Assembly (NCBI GenBank): GCA_964016885.1
Contig: OZ024741.1
Location: 184,450,001 to 184,514,000, forward strand
DNA length: 64,000 bases
Source: Eledone cirrhosa
Lineage: Eukaryota
Direction of reading: 5' to 3'
In this document: positions 1-14,015 of the stretch, in pieces
Position numbering within the stretch: the first letter of the stretch is position 1
Layout: the number at the start of each line of letters is the position of its first letter
Made by a program: the position numbers and the translations under genes
The notes under the pieces: generated by a model
Database searches by the model: none
Seen by the model: the letters and a program-made list of their open reading frames with translations, nothing else
Told to the model about the DNA's origin: nothing

Positions 1-916
1 AAAATTGGGGATAAATGTATTAGTGAGAAATAACAAACTTATATAGACTACAAGGAATTTAGATTCATAACAGGAAATTAAAATAGTTTATATGTATTTT
101 TATAGGTATAAATTTTAGGAAAAGAGAGCTGTAAAAGGGAACTAAAATTATGAAGTTCTCAGTAGTAAAATACTAATTATATGTTAACTAAATTAAAAAT
201 TAAAAAAACTAATTATAACAATTTGTAAAATATAAGTGTAAGGTGTATATTAATTAGGTTTATAATATTTGAAAGTTCTTCTAATTCTATACGATATAAT
301 TAATTCTTGTCGCTTATTTAATAGGATATCCTTAGATTTCATTATTTTAAAAAGTTCCTGGGAACAAAATCTACACTCATATCTGTTATTTTGATAAGGG
401 GTGGCCCTTTTGAGCACACTCAAGGTCAGGTTATAATCGATATTCATTTTTCTATAATTATTAATTATTTCAGCCAAGGATGTTGTATTAGCTAATGCGG
501 CATTTTTAAAACTATGTTTGTGGGTATTAAATCTTACTTTAAATTGGTTAGAAGTAGCTCTTATATATGAATAAGTTGAGTCCTTAGTGCTAATTTTACA
601 TTTATATACTATGTTATTAATAAGACAATTTCCTTTTAATGGGCAATTTGCTTTGTTTCTACAGTTACAACCATTCGTGAATATTATATCAGGGGACTTA
701 GTCAAATTTGGTGTGGAATTTACTCGACTTTTTGAATTAGTATAATTTTACTACTGAGAACTTCATAATTTTATTTCCCTTTTACAGCTCTCTTTTCCTA
801 AAATTAATACCTATAAAAATACATATAAACTATTTTAATTTCCTGTTATGAATCTAAATTCCTTGTAGTCTATATAAGTTTGTTATTTCTCACTAATACA
901 TTTATCCCCGAATTTT
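1..916. repeat. Inverted repeat pair (~1-178 vs ~735-916) flanking the GIY-YIG remnant; inverted pseudo-LTR at the 5' junction
   Basis: ggggataaatgtattagtgagaaataacaaac...gttctcagtagtaaaat at the window start is the reverse complement of attttactactgagaac...ctaatacatttatcccc at 745-909. Confidence 0.9.
250..705 (-). pseudogene. Penelope-like element C-terminal GIY-YIG endonuclease remnant (Neptune/Nematis-type), 5'-truncated
   Basis: ORF has CNCRNKANCPLKGNCL (Cys linker), IVYKC...SYIRATSNQFKVRFNTHKHSF (degenerate GIY-YIG), CRFCSQE and LLNKRQE, matching the PLE endonuclease layout. Confidence 0.85.
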
Positions 917-1674
917 TTTTCCTTCGTTTTTAACAACATTCTTTAATAACATCTAATTCTTATTTATCACATCTATATGATATAAATTTATCCCTATAAC
1001 TATACCTATCAATTAAATTAATTTAATTTCTTGTTATTGATCTAAATTCCCTGTGTTTTAAATAAGATTAGTATTTCTCACTAACACATTTACCCTAAAA
1101 TTTTATTCTCCTTCGATTTTAACATTAGCATTATTCTTTAATAACATCAAATTTTCGTGTACCTTTCACCAGCTTGACCTCTTTTCATCCCCAAAGTAAT
1201 CTTTTCATTCAAAGTATTCTTTCTATTCAAAACTGAAGTCTGCATTCTTCTACCCCTAAATTAAATTTATACTACTACTATTCTATCAACTTGACCACTT
1301 ACTACTTTTCTATTTGTCAATTTAAAACCTGTTCCCAAACAGACCTATTATATTAAATCTTTGTTGGTTTTTTTCAATAAACAAATATCATTATTTCTGA
1401 AGACAGCATATATATGTGTAGGTATGTATATTCCCTCTGATAGTTTGTAAAATATTTACACAGATTTATATGATATACATGCCAACACACACATATATAT
1501 CCTAGAAACGATCGTAAAATGATGAATTTTTTAATATAGGGAACAGTTTCTTTGTTTTTATTCATTGTTTTTTAAAATTTACATATATATATATACACAT
1601 ATAAAATTAAAGAACGGAGTTAATCCACTTATAGTTTAATGAGCTCAAGGAATAGATTCTGAGCTCGTTATAAA

Positions 1675-2121
1675 TCAGTATATAGAGAGAAATACACATA
1701 GAGGTATGCGTTTAATGATAGGGGGTAGAAAACCACCAGAGTGAAGAACATATTGTCTATGAAAGGAAAGGAGAATACAGATCAATGAAAAGAATGAATT
1801 AAAATGTACTAATCATCCAATAATAACTATTACACATGGAAATGCTCTAATCAGAGCATGTTTCGCCAGAAAAAGTGTAGATTCCATATTCTAGTGGGTT
1901 TATCAACAGGTCGACCACAATATGGTCTACATACCTCTAAAAATATATAAGATAACTATAATAGCGCACATGGTGTAAAGAGAAGAAAAGCTCTCCTTAC
2001 ATATATAAATGAATTAGGAGCCAATATATCAAATTAAAACACGTAGACTATGTTCTTCATTCTGGTGGTTCTCTACCCCTATAATTAAACAAATACCTCT
2101 TTGTGTATTTCTCTATCTATA

Positions 2122-2125
<4 letters not shown>
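1675..2125. mobile_element. Short insertion with ~85-bp inverted ends between (TA)n tracts; probable PLE pLTR fragment
   Basis: 1675-1760 is the imperfect reverse complement of 2045-2125; an internal minus-strand ggcgaaacatgctc resembles a decayed HHR 3' half. Confidence 0.55.
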
Positions 2126-2206
<81 letters not shown>

Positions 2207-2209
<3 letters not shown>

Positions 2210-2340
2210 TGATATTAATAAATGGAAACTATATTTATAAAACTATATTTATTTTATTATATATATTTTGGTGCCCTTGAAATATACATAATAAAATAAA
2301 TATGGTTTTATAAATATAGTTTCCATTTATTAATATGATT
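2207..2340. mobile_element. Fold-back copy of HHR family B pLTR fragment
   Basis: Hairpin with ~60-bp arms; right arm cccttGAAAtatacaTAataaaataaatatggttttataaatatagtttcc matches the 3' half of the HHRs at 43555-43612 and 36511-36567. Confidence 0.75.
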
Positions 2341-2427
2341 GATATTATACTCCAGAAAACTTGTAGAGTGCTTTGAATCTGTTATAAATAAAATAGTTGA
2401 ATTACCAACAAATTAAATATCTCTTTG

Positions 2428-2463
<36 letters not shown>

Positions 2464-2985
2464 AGAAAGCAGCAAGAGATGTTGTATTAATTTTTAATAC
2501 CCAATTCTAAAATTTCATTAATTCTCATCTAGCATCTCATTCTATAGCATTGGCCGAAAAAGCAGCATCAACTAAATATAGCAGCTGTGTTAGACTCCTT
2601 AGTTTTTGTTTTATTTCACTTATCACTTTCCAATCTTACATTCTGATACATCTTTCTCTCATTTTTTATTATATTCTTTTCTATTATATTTTTTTCATTG
2701 TCTCCTAATCTCATTTGATTTACAAATTCTATAACGTCCCTCCTCCATTTTCTCAAGAAACCTTTTTTCGCCAACCTCCTCTGGCCTACTTTCATACACA
2801 TTCCTTAGAATTTGCCGTGAAGATTTCACCTTTAACGCTTGACCACCTCTACCCACTCCCCTATCCTTCTACAGGCAAGTTCAACCACCCCCATCCCGCA
2901 CCCACTGCCATGATAAACTTTCCTGTGTCTGCTACAAATTTTGACCAATCCTCTTGACAACTACAATCTTCCCATATAAAGAAGT

Positions 2986-3082
2986 ACCCCTTGAAAAGTT
3001 CGGCTATTTATTTACCAGACTAAAATCTCTTACTTTAGTCCAGAAATAGCCGTCGAAACAGCTTGAGCTCTGCAGTCGGGGT
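2986..3082 (+). ncRNA. Degenerate type I hammerhead ribozyme (family A) in a PLE pLTR fragment (~2470-3176)
   Basis: acccc-TTGAAAA (decayed CUGAAGA)-long helix II (cggctattt...gactaaa / tttagtc...aaatagccg)-GAAAC-agc ttgagctct gca-GTC-ggggt; helix I acccc/ggggt. Confidence 0.65.
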
Positions 3083-3173
3083 CATACTTTCCCCTATTAT
3101 CCACTCTACTACCCTAAGTATTGAGTACTCAGGTGCGTTATGATCCATCTGGTTTTTTACCACAACTCCTTCG

Positions 3174-3233
<60 letters not shown>

Positions 3234-3304
3234 TTATTTATTTATTTCTACATACATACCCATACGCGCGTGCGCGCGCACGCATACGCGCATCCACACA
3301 CACT

Positions 3305-3337
<33 letters not shown>

Positions 3338-3774
3338 TTATTTATTCAGTTGATGAAAGTTGGTTGTTCAAATAATCTGCCGACGTTTTCGTAAACGGAC
3401 GTAAAGCACCCAGGATTTTCTCTGTAAGGTATCACCAGGAGGTTTAGTATAATAAATAAGAGAGATATTTTATTATATACACTTTTACTCTTTTACCCGT
3501 TCCAGCGATCCGGCTGAGGCCATGCTTGCGCACCGTCAATATGCATTTGGGACTGTGCTATTCAATGTTTTTAACTGCACCTGCAAATAAACTTAAATTT
3601 TGCACTAAAACAATAACAAGAATAACATTACATTTCGAAAATGTGTAAAATACAAGTTGAAGTATTTTCACCATTTAATGTGTACAAAGTAAGTTAATAA
3701 AATTCACGTAAGCGAGTAGTCTTCACAGAAAAAATAAAGACTCTTGGTTGATTGATCTGTAAAAACATATTACA

Positions 3775-3864
<90 letters not shown>

Positions 3865-4425
3865 TGTATAGGTCACCATAATGAAACAACAACAACATCA
3901 AATAGTTGTGGTGACCTTATGAAATTTAACAAAAGAAATTATCAAATTCAATAAGTAGATATAGATAAAACAATCTATTAAGAGAAATAGATATTTCCGT
4001 CACAATACTTTTCCGTGGGTTAAATTGAATGGTAAAAAATTATAAATATATTTTTTTTACTTTATCGCGAAAATGTCACCCACAAATATAAAAGTGTTCA
4101 GAATCAACGTAATATTGTATAATATGAACTATATGAGGTGTTATTTCTAGCAAACCGAGCGGATATGCATAGGCTCTCTCGGTGATTCGTAAGAAACAGT
4201 TTAACTTTCGTGTTTGTTAACATTGGCATGATTACTGATGTAAGGGAGATAACTCTTAGAAAATGTTTTACAGATAAGAGAGAAAGAGTGAGTGCTGGTG
4301 CGTGCGTGTGTGTTTGCAAGTGTTGGTCTATAAATTGAAAGCAACAGGGTGGGAAGAAGTGTCGGTGAAAAAATAGGAGGGAAAGTGAGAGTGGGAGTGA
4401 AAGAAAGAGAAAGAGAGAGACAGAA

Positions 4426-4492
<67 letters not shown>

Positions 4493-4730
4493 ATACTTTA
4501 ATATATTCTTTTTATTGATTTATGTTCACCATTCCTTCTGTGTTCGTCGCTCTGGTGGTTTTTGATCCCCTATGATTGAGAGAGAGAGAGAGAGCGCGAG
4601 CGAGAGGGGGGGGGGGGTAGAAAGTGAGATAGATAGATGAATTGATTGATAGTGAGTTTGATAGATAAATAGATAGATAGACAGACAGATAGATAGATGG
4701 ATGAATAGATCGATAGATAAATAGATAAGA

Positions 4731-5532
4731 TATCTTTCTTTATTTGCCACAAGAGCGTACAAGAAATGGGCAATACAATATGTCACGGCGGGGGTTCTTA
4801 CATAAAAATCGTATAAACTTTAACATTAATAAATTACAATAAAATATATATTAAAATAAAATAACAATCGAAATCGCCAATAGGGGGAACGTTACTGCCT
4901 GGTTGTTTTATACCCCGTAGAGAGCACAACCCTCAACACCTGGAACACGTTGTGTAGGTGTTCCCGTCTTCCCTCTTTTATCTTCCTCAACCTACAGGTT
5001 TATATACAGAGAAGGCCCATTCACTCGGGCCATTTTCGCCACATTCACCCATCTTTCAGCGAACTTACTGCGGAGCAGCACCTCCCTCTCTCCACTCTCC
5101 CCTCACTCATGAAGTGGTATTTAAAGAAGGGAATGAGTTCTTGTCCGGAGAGAAAAGTGTTTGCCCTCAGTTCTTTCAACTTGTCCATCATATTACCTCT
5201 TTCGCCATAGACACCAGACAGGAAAACCGCATCTCCTTCATTCTTACATGAAGCCGGCGGGGTGATCCTCGCGATGGATTCGGCTGACAACTGGATGTGT
5301 CCCACGCGTTACAGTAACTGTTCGACATAATTCCAAAGGTCGGTCACCCCTGGCCACTTACCAATTTCGTGCAGAACGGTTTCAATGTCCTGCTCGCATC
5401 TTGGACAGGTCCTTTTGGCAGGATCACTGCCAGGGCGTCCGTGCTTGTACATTTTGACTCGAACTGGTAGAGCTCCTCCGTAGCACTGCCAGGCCATAGA
5501 ACGCTGGAAGTTATCCGTAGGCCCTGGACGAG
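4731..5532 (-). mobile_element. Tx1/L1-clade non-LTR retrotransposon 3' fragment inserted in a (GATA)n tract
   Basis: Minus frames give AWQCYGGALPVR...CPRCEQDIETVLH...LWNYVEQLL (zf-RVT-like ORF2 C-terminus); AATAAA at 4739-4744 (minus); GATA repeats on both sides. Confidence 0.75.
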
Positions 5533-7126
5533 GATAGATAGATAGATAAATAAATAGATAGATAGATATGACAATGTGGATGTGTGCCAGTCTCTAATAA
5601 GGTTAATATACATTCAGCTATATGTGGCTTCATCAACCTCAAGCTTAGCCAGAAGAATCAGTCATAAGACGGCCACCTTAAGTAAATATATATGTTTAAT
5701 GAAAATATCACACCAAAATTTAGTAAAACAATAAAAAAAATAAGTCGACAAAAGTATTACATGAATAAAAACAGAATGTAAGGAAAAAGAAAATAGAAGA
5801 GTGAATATGTTTTTAAATACATTAGTATCATGAGACCATAGAGGCCTTAAAACAATAACAGCAACAACAACAGTGGCAACTGCAACAGCAACATCAACAG
5901 CAACAAGTGTGGATTCTCCGTGATTCCTCAACCTCCTAGAAATCGGACGAAATATCTCTCACATCATGCTCCTATTTTGTTATCAAAAACACGATGTAAT
6001 AGGTAACGTAGTTCTAGACATCCTCTAATATGCCTTAAATATGTCCTCACCTGTCCCTATACTTGTTTACAGGGGTTCATTTTCTGGAAGAATTTGTTGT
6101 TTATGTTGTGTGTTGCTACCACTTTAACATTGATGTTAATACTTGAATATGTAATTTTAACCTTTACCTCTTTTTTTATTTTCCAGAACATCCGACGCTG
6201 CTTGGAGTTGGTGGGGTGGGGTGTGTGTGTGTGTGTGTGTGAGGGGGGGGGGGTCTTAATTTAAAGATATGTAAAAAATGCTTGCAATATAGTGAGTTCT
6301 ACTAAAGTTACCTAAGGTCCAGGTCGTGGAAATGGATAAGTTCTACCAAGCAGGAGCATATACGAAAAGATATCTCATCCCATGTTATAATAATTTCGGC
6401 GATCCACTTTTCCTTCTGGAAAGATGAAACGCAAATTTTCCCTCGCGAGAATTTGAGTTTAGAGCGCAGAGAGCCAGAGCAAATATCGCATGGCATGTTT
6501 CCTATGCTCTAACGAAGCTGATAATTCACTGCCAATATGTATATGTTATCTATGTGTTTAATTTACCCATTGCTTTTGGGGTGGGGGATTCTATGTTATC
6601 TACATGTGATGATCTCCTATCTAGATTTGTTTTTACCATTTTGTTTTATGTTGCTCGAAGTTCTTCACTATGATTGCTTCTTTTTGCAAGAGGTCTGATG
6701 ATACGGCATACAATCATCGTATGGACGATAAAGTAATAGGAGTTACCGGTTTAATAACTCACTTTTGCAATCAATTTCGTTTTCATTGCTAGCGCCCTAC
6801 CTTTTAAAATTTTAGTCAAATATTCCGATCCTGGTACGTGATTTGGTACTCATTATACCAGTCTCTATAAAATAACTGGGTATAGTTCGAATTATATCTT
6901 TTCCAGAGAACTACTTCCCGTGCTCTGTAAATATGACAATATATATATATATGTGCAATTGTGCCTATATATTAATGCTTGTATATGGATATCGATTATG
7001 CGAAATGTTTCATAACATTTCAAATAATTGGATGTATAACCTTGAAACATATGTAAGGAAATAAATATGGTTTAAAAAATAAAAGATAATTTTTCTAAGA
7101 AATCCTTGTATAAGTATATATATATG

Positions 7127-7233
<107 letters not shown>

Positions 7234-7911
7234 GGAGCGAGAGAGGGAGAGAGAAAGAGTAAGAAAGAAAGAGAAGGAGAAAGAGAAAGAGAGAGAGGGA
7301 GTGAGAGTGAGTGATGAGTGAGAGAGAGAGAGAGAGAGAGAGAGCGGGGGATGAGAGAGAGAGAGAAAGAAAGGTAGCTAGTTGTAGCCTACGAAATTAG
7401 CGAGTTGAGGTATCATGCCTCTCTATGGATATACGTCTCAGAGAATTTGTTTCAACTAGAGTTAACTCATTGCGCATGGTCTTGAATTACTGCAAAAAAA
7501 AAAAAAAAATTTGTTTTAAATGTCAGACTTTTCAATGAATTTTTCGGAGCCATGAGAAACCAAGTCATTACAGTGGCCCAAAGAGGAGATAAATGGTGGG
7601 TCTAATTTACTGAAGAGCGTCCAACAAATGTGATCGAGCAATAAGTATGACTTTGACGTCTGGCTCGGAGTCACAATGATAGGCTAATTTAATTTCGTGT
7701 GGCGTTGTGCAGGAGCTTTATCGACTACATGGGAAAGTGATCACAGCTAGTTCTGCCGCTGTGGTTTTATGGGAAGAAACCTTAACAAAGCAGCTTCACC
7801 GCCTGGTGAGACATTGACTGTTGCGTTCGCTGACGGAATAGAGCTTCCTCCTCAGATCACACATGTTTAGTGAATAATTCTGTGTGAATTTCTATTCTCC
7901 AATATATATCT

Positions 7912-7990
<79 letters not shown>

Positions 7991-7992
<2 letters not shown>

Positions 7993-8176
7993 GGAACAAG
8001 TAAGACCCCGACGGCTGAGCTCAAGCCGTTTCGACGGCTAATTCTGAATTAGCCGTCGAAACGGCTTGAGCTCAGCCGTCGGGGTCTTACTTGTTCCTAT
8101 TACCCACTCTACTACCCTAAGTATTGAGTACTTTGGTGCGTTATGGTCCACCTGGTTCCTTACCACATTTCCTTCG

Positions 8177-8178
<2 letters not shown>
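7991..8178 (+). mobile_element. Family A pLTR fragment with a perfect 5' fold-back (54-bp arms, 7991-8099) between (TA)n tracts
   Basis: taggaacaag...gacggctaattc T gaattagccgtc...cttgttccta; contains the HHR 3' half GAAACggct-tgagctc-agccGTC-gggg; homologous to 3040-3176, 23499-23702 and 34040-34170. Confidence 0.9.
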
Positions 8179-8672
<494 letters not shown>

Positions 8673-9149
8673 ACATACAAAATGTACGTCTAAGCATATT
8701 ATATTAGACCCATTACTAAAAGTATTGCTTTGCTGCTGAGTGGTGACTATTACATGTGTTGTTGGATTTCTTGATTTGCGATTCAATTTCAATATTTTGT
8801 CACCTGTACCCAGTGGACATGACAGTGTAGGGACATATTACCTTTCTAAATGGCGTCATTAGAAGTCTGGTTTGATGATAGGATGAATTTTGGAAGGACG
8901 GGGAGTAAATAACAAGTGTTTTCTCGTCTACGTTATGTTCTTAATGAGAAAATGAGATGATGAGATGATCATTTGTTCATCTATCACAGCAAACTCCATG
9001 TCAGCGTTCATGCAGTATGTTTGATGTATGCATTCATATGTGTATAGGTCTGTATGTATCTATGTATATTTATTTGAATGTACGTATGTATGTATGTCTC
9101 TGTGTGTTTATATATATACATATAAACATAGTACATACATATAATTATA

Positions 9150-9233
<84 letters not shown>

Positions 9234-9384
9234 TAAATATATATATATATATATATGAATATTTATATATATATATATATATATATATGAATATATATAT
9301 AATATATATACATATATATATATATACATATATATATATAAATAAATATATCTATACCTATACATATATACATACATATATATT

Positions 9385-9466
<82 letters not shown>

Positions 9467-9796
9467 AACGTGTGTGTGTGTTGACAGGCCGAGTCTTTAA
9501 AACAGTTTGCTATCTTCTGGTTCTCTAGTGGTTTCGGAAATGATTTATTGTTCATGGTCTGTGATATATAATTTCATTGTCTGTTGACCTACTGCAAATC
9601 TTTAGCTATGATTTGAGTCCTTTAACACTCTTTAAACAACTCTTCTTAGTAGAAAGCAAATTTGACTTATGCAATATGATATGGAGAATATTGAAACCTT
9701 TCATTCGTATTAGGAAACCAATACTGGTTTTCATTCTGTTTTCATTATTGCCATCATAATCATCACCAGCACCAATACCACCACCATTACCAAAAC

Positions 9797-10792
9797 CATC
9801 AATAATCAACATCATAATCACCATCATAATCAACATCATAATCAACATCATAATCAACATCATAATCAGCATCATAATGAGCATCATAATCAACATCATA
9901 ATAAACATCATAATCAACATCATAATCAACATCATAATCAACATCATAATCAACATCATAATCAACATCATAATCAGCATCATAATCAACATCATAATCA
10001 ACATCATAATCAACATCATAATCAGCATCATAATCAACATCATAATCAACATCATAATCAACATCATAATCAACATCATAATCAACATCATAATCAACAT
10101 CATAATCAACATCATAATCAACATCATAATGAGCATCATAATGAGCATCATAATCAACATCATAATAAACATCATAATCAACATCATAATCAACATCATA
10201 ATCAACATCATAATCAACATCATAATCAACATCATAATCAGCATCATAATCAACATCATAATCAACATCATAATCAACATCATAATCAGCATCATAATCA
10301 ACATCATAATCAGCATCATAATCAACATCATAATCAACATCATAATCAACATCATAATCAGCATCATTATCAACATCATAATCAACATCATAATCAACAT
10401 CATAATCAACATCATAATGAGCATCATAATGAGCATCATAATCAACATCATAATCAACATCATAATCAACATCATAATCAACATCATAATCAACATCATA
10501 ATCAACATCATAATCAACATCATAATCAACATCATAATCAACATCATAATCAACATCATAATCAACATCATAATCACCATCATAATCAACATCATAATCA
10601 ACATCATAATCAACATCGTAATCAACATCATAATCAGCATCATTATCAACATCATAATCAGCATCATAATCAGCATCATAATCAACATCATAATCAACAT
10701 CATAATCAACATCATAATCACCATCATAATCAACATCATAATCAACATCATAATCAACATCGTTATCAACATCATAATCAACATCATAATCA
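9797..10792 (+). repeat. 12-bp tandem array (ATCAACATCATA)n, ~80 copies
   Basis: Direct reading; source of the spurious poly-(IINI)/(MLIM) ORFs. Confidence 0.95.
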
Positions 10793-10911
10793 GAATCATT
10801 AGTCTCTTTCCTACTCTTCCATTTCTACATTCTCATCATCATCATTACCACATCATCATCATCACCAGCACCATCATCATCACCATCATCATCATCATCA
10901 TCATCATCACC

Positions 10912-10943
<32 letters not shown>

Positions 10944-10944
10944 T

Positions 10945-10975
<31 letters not shown>

Positions 10976-11292
10976 CCATCATCATATTTCAACAACTATC
11001 ATCACAACAACAACAACCATCACCACCATCGCAATAACAACCACCACCAATAGCACTACAACCACCACCACTGCCCCCGCAGTCGCCGCCGCTGCCCTCG
11101 CCATCACCACTAACACAACTACCAACACAAGCACCGCCACCAGCACCACTACAACCACCACCACCAGCACCACCACCACATCCATCACTACCACCAGCAC
11201 CGCCACCACCAACACCGCCATTACCTCCACCACTATCAACAACAACAACAACAACACTATCATCATGAGCATCATCATCATGACATTGTATG

Positions 11293-11436
11293 ATAATTGT
11301 TTCTACTTTTGGCACAAGGCCAGCAATTAACCAGTGTATTACTGGTACTTTATTTTATCGATCCCGTAAGGAAGAAAGGCAAAGTTAACCTCGCCGGGAT
11401 TTGAACTCAGACCATAAAGGGCCGTAACTCTTTGCT
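11293..11436 (-). mobile_element. tRNA-derived SINE (5'-truncated copy)
   Basis: Reverse complement of ...ctgagttcaaatcc...gcctttc-tccttacggg-tcgataaaataaagtaccag...gccttgtgccaaaagtagaaacaattat. Confidence 0.9.
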
Positions 11437-11490
11437 GATGATGTTAATGGCGTTGCTGCTGATGATGATAGTAGTACTGTTGTAAATCTA

Positions 11491-13293
11491 AATGAAACAG
11501 GGCGGTGGAGTACCCCCTCTTTAATGTAACAGGGCGGTGGAGTACTCCCTCTTTAATGTAACAGGGCGGTGGAGTACCCCCTCTTTAATGTAACATGGCG
11601 GTGGAGTACCCCCTCTTTAATGTAACATGGCGGTGGAGTACCCCCTTTTTAATGTAACAGGGCGGTGGAGTACCCCCTCTTTAATGTAACAGGGTGGTTG
11701 AGTACCCACTCTTTAATGTAACAGGGCGGTGGAATACCCCATCTTAAATGTAACATGGCGGTGGAGTACCCCCTCTTTAATGTAACATGGCGGTGGAGTA
11801 CCCCCTCTTTAATATAACATGGCGGTGGAGTACCCCCTCTTTAATGTAACATGGCGGTGGAGTACCCCCTTTTTAATGTAACAGGGCGGTGGAGTACCCC
11901 CTCTTTAATGTAACAGGGCGGTTGAGTACCCACTCTTTAATGTAACAGGGCGGTGGAATACCCCATCTTAAATGTAACAGGGCGGTGGAGTACCCCCTCT
12001 TTAATGTAACAGGGCGGTGGAGTAGCCCCTCTTTAATGAAACAGGGCGGTGGAGTACCCCCTCTGTAATGTAACATGGCGGTGGAGTACTCCCTCTTTAA
12101 TGTAACAGGGCGGTGGAGTACCCCCTCTTTAATGTAACAGGGCGGTGGAGTACCCCCTCTTTAATGTAACATGGCGGTGGAGTACCCCCTCTTTAATGTA
12201 ACATGGCGGTGGAGTACCCCCTTTTTAATGTAACAGGGCGGTGGAGTACCCCCTCTTTAATGTAACAGGGCGGTTGAGTACCCACTCTTTAATGTAGCAG
12301 GGCGGTGGAGTAACCCCTCTTTAATGTAACAGGGCGGTGGAGTACCCCCTCTTTAATGTAACAGGGCGGTGGAGTACCCCCTCTTTAATGTAACAGGGCG
12401 GTGGAGTACTCCCTCTTTAATGTAACAGGGCGGTGGAGTACCCCCTCTTTAATGTAACATGGCGGTGGAGTACTCCCTCTTTAATATAACATGGCGGTGG
12501 AGTACCCCCTCTTTAATGAAACAGGGCGGTGGAGTATCCCCTCTTTAATGTAACAGGGCGGTGGAGTACTCCCTCTTTAATGTAACAGGGCGGTGGAGTA
12601 CCCCCCTCTTTAATGTAACAGGGCGGTGGAGTACCCCCTCTTTAATGTAACATGGAGGTGGAGTACCTCCTCTTTAATGTAACAGGGCGGTGGAGTACCC
12701 CCTCTTTAATGTAACAGGGCGGTGGAGTTCTCCCTTTTTAATGTAACAGGGCGGTGGAGTATCCCCTCTTTAATGTAACATGGCGGTGGAGTACCCCCTC
12801 TTTAATGTAACAGGCCGGTAGAGTACCCCCTCTTTAATGTAACAGGGCAGTGGAGTACCCCCTCTTTAATGTAACAGGGCGGTGGAGTATCCCCTATTTA
12901 ATGTAACATGGCAGTAGATTACCCATTCTTTAATGTAACAGGGCGGTGGAGTACCCCCTCTTTAATGTAACAGGGCAGTGGAGTACCCCCTCTTTAATGT
13001 AACAGGGCGGTGGAGTACCCCCTCTTTAATGTAACAGGGCGGTGGAGTACCTCCTCTTTAATGTAACATGACGGTGGAATACCCCCTCTTTAATGTAACA
13101 GGCCGGTAGAGTACCCCCTCTTTAATGTAACAGGGCAGTGGAGTACCCCCTCTTTAATGTAACAGTGCGGTGGAGTACCCCCTCTTTAATGTAACAGGGC
13201 GGTGGAGTACCCCCTCTTTAATGTAAAAGGGCGGTGGAGTACTCCCTCTTTAGTGTAACAGTGCGGTGGAGTACCCCCTCTTTAAGAGTAACA
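11491..13293 (+). repeat. 32-bp minisatellite, ~56 head-to-tail copies, consensus AATGTAACAGGGCGGTGGAGTACCCCCTCTTT
   Basis: Units start at 11491, 11523, 11555...; point variants only, no spacers. Confidence 0.97.
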
Positions 13294-13439
13294 GAAGCGG
13301 GAAAAGGTTTATGCTGAAGATAGTGGCAACTACGATAGTAGTAGGGATACATCGTTCAGAGATTTGACATCTTCAAACAAATGAGACCTGGGCAGTCACG
13401 GCTATTACACACGCTGACATCTGTGGTAGAGGTAACTTG

Positions 13440-13479
13440 ATGACCAAGAGAAATATGATGATGATGATGATGACGATGC

Positions 13480-13511
<32 letters not shown>

Positions 13512-13614
13512 GTGATGATGATGGTGGTGATGATGGTGATGATGATGATGGTGATGATGATGATGGTGACGATGATGGTGATGATGATGGTGATGATGAG
13601 GGTGGTGGTGATGG

Positions 13615-13673
<59 letters not shown>

Positions 13674-14015
13674 CTGGTGATGATGGTGATGATGGTGATG
13701 ATGGTGATGATGGTGATGGTGATGATGATGATGACGGTGATGATGTGGTAATGATGATGATGAGAATGTAGAAATGGAAGAGTAGGAAAGAGACTAATGA
13801 TTCTGATTATGATGTTGATTATGATGTTGATTATGATGTTGATTATGATGTTGATTATGATGTTGATTATGATGTTGATTATTATGTTGATTATGATGTT
13901 GATTATGATGTTGATTATGATGTTGATTATGATGTCGATTATGATGCTGATTATGATGTTGATTATGATGGTGATTATGATGTTGATTATGATGTTGATT
14001 ATGATGTTGATTATG
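13440..14015 (-). repeat. Inverted copy of the 9797-10985 block ((ATC)n + unique ~60-bp linker + 12-bp array)
   Basis: tgagaatgtagaaatggaagagtaggaaagagactaatgattctgattatgatgttg is the reverse complement of cagaatcattagtctctttcctactcttccatttctacattctca at ~10791-10834. Confidence 0.92.

Noticed and set aside
7440-7895. Possible old mariner-like fragment
   Set aside because: Too degenerate to identify motifs or TIRs by eye
9606-11037. Long ORFs of 397 and 386 aa
   Set aside because: Translations of the 12-bp tandem repeat and (ATC)n
11491-13293. CRISPR-like array of 32-bp repeats
   Set aside because: Units are contiguous with no unique spacers, there are no cas genes, and the context is eukaryotic
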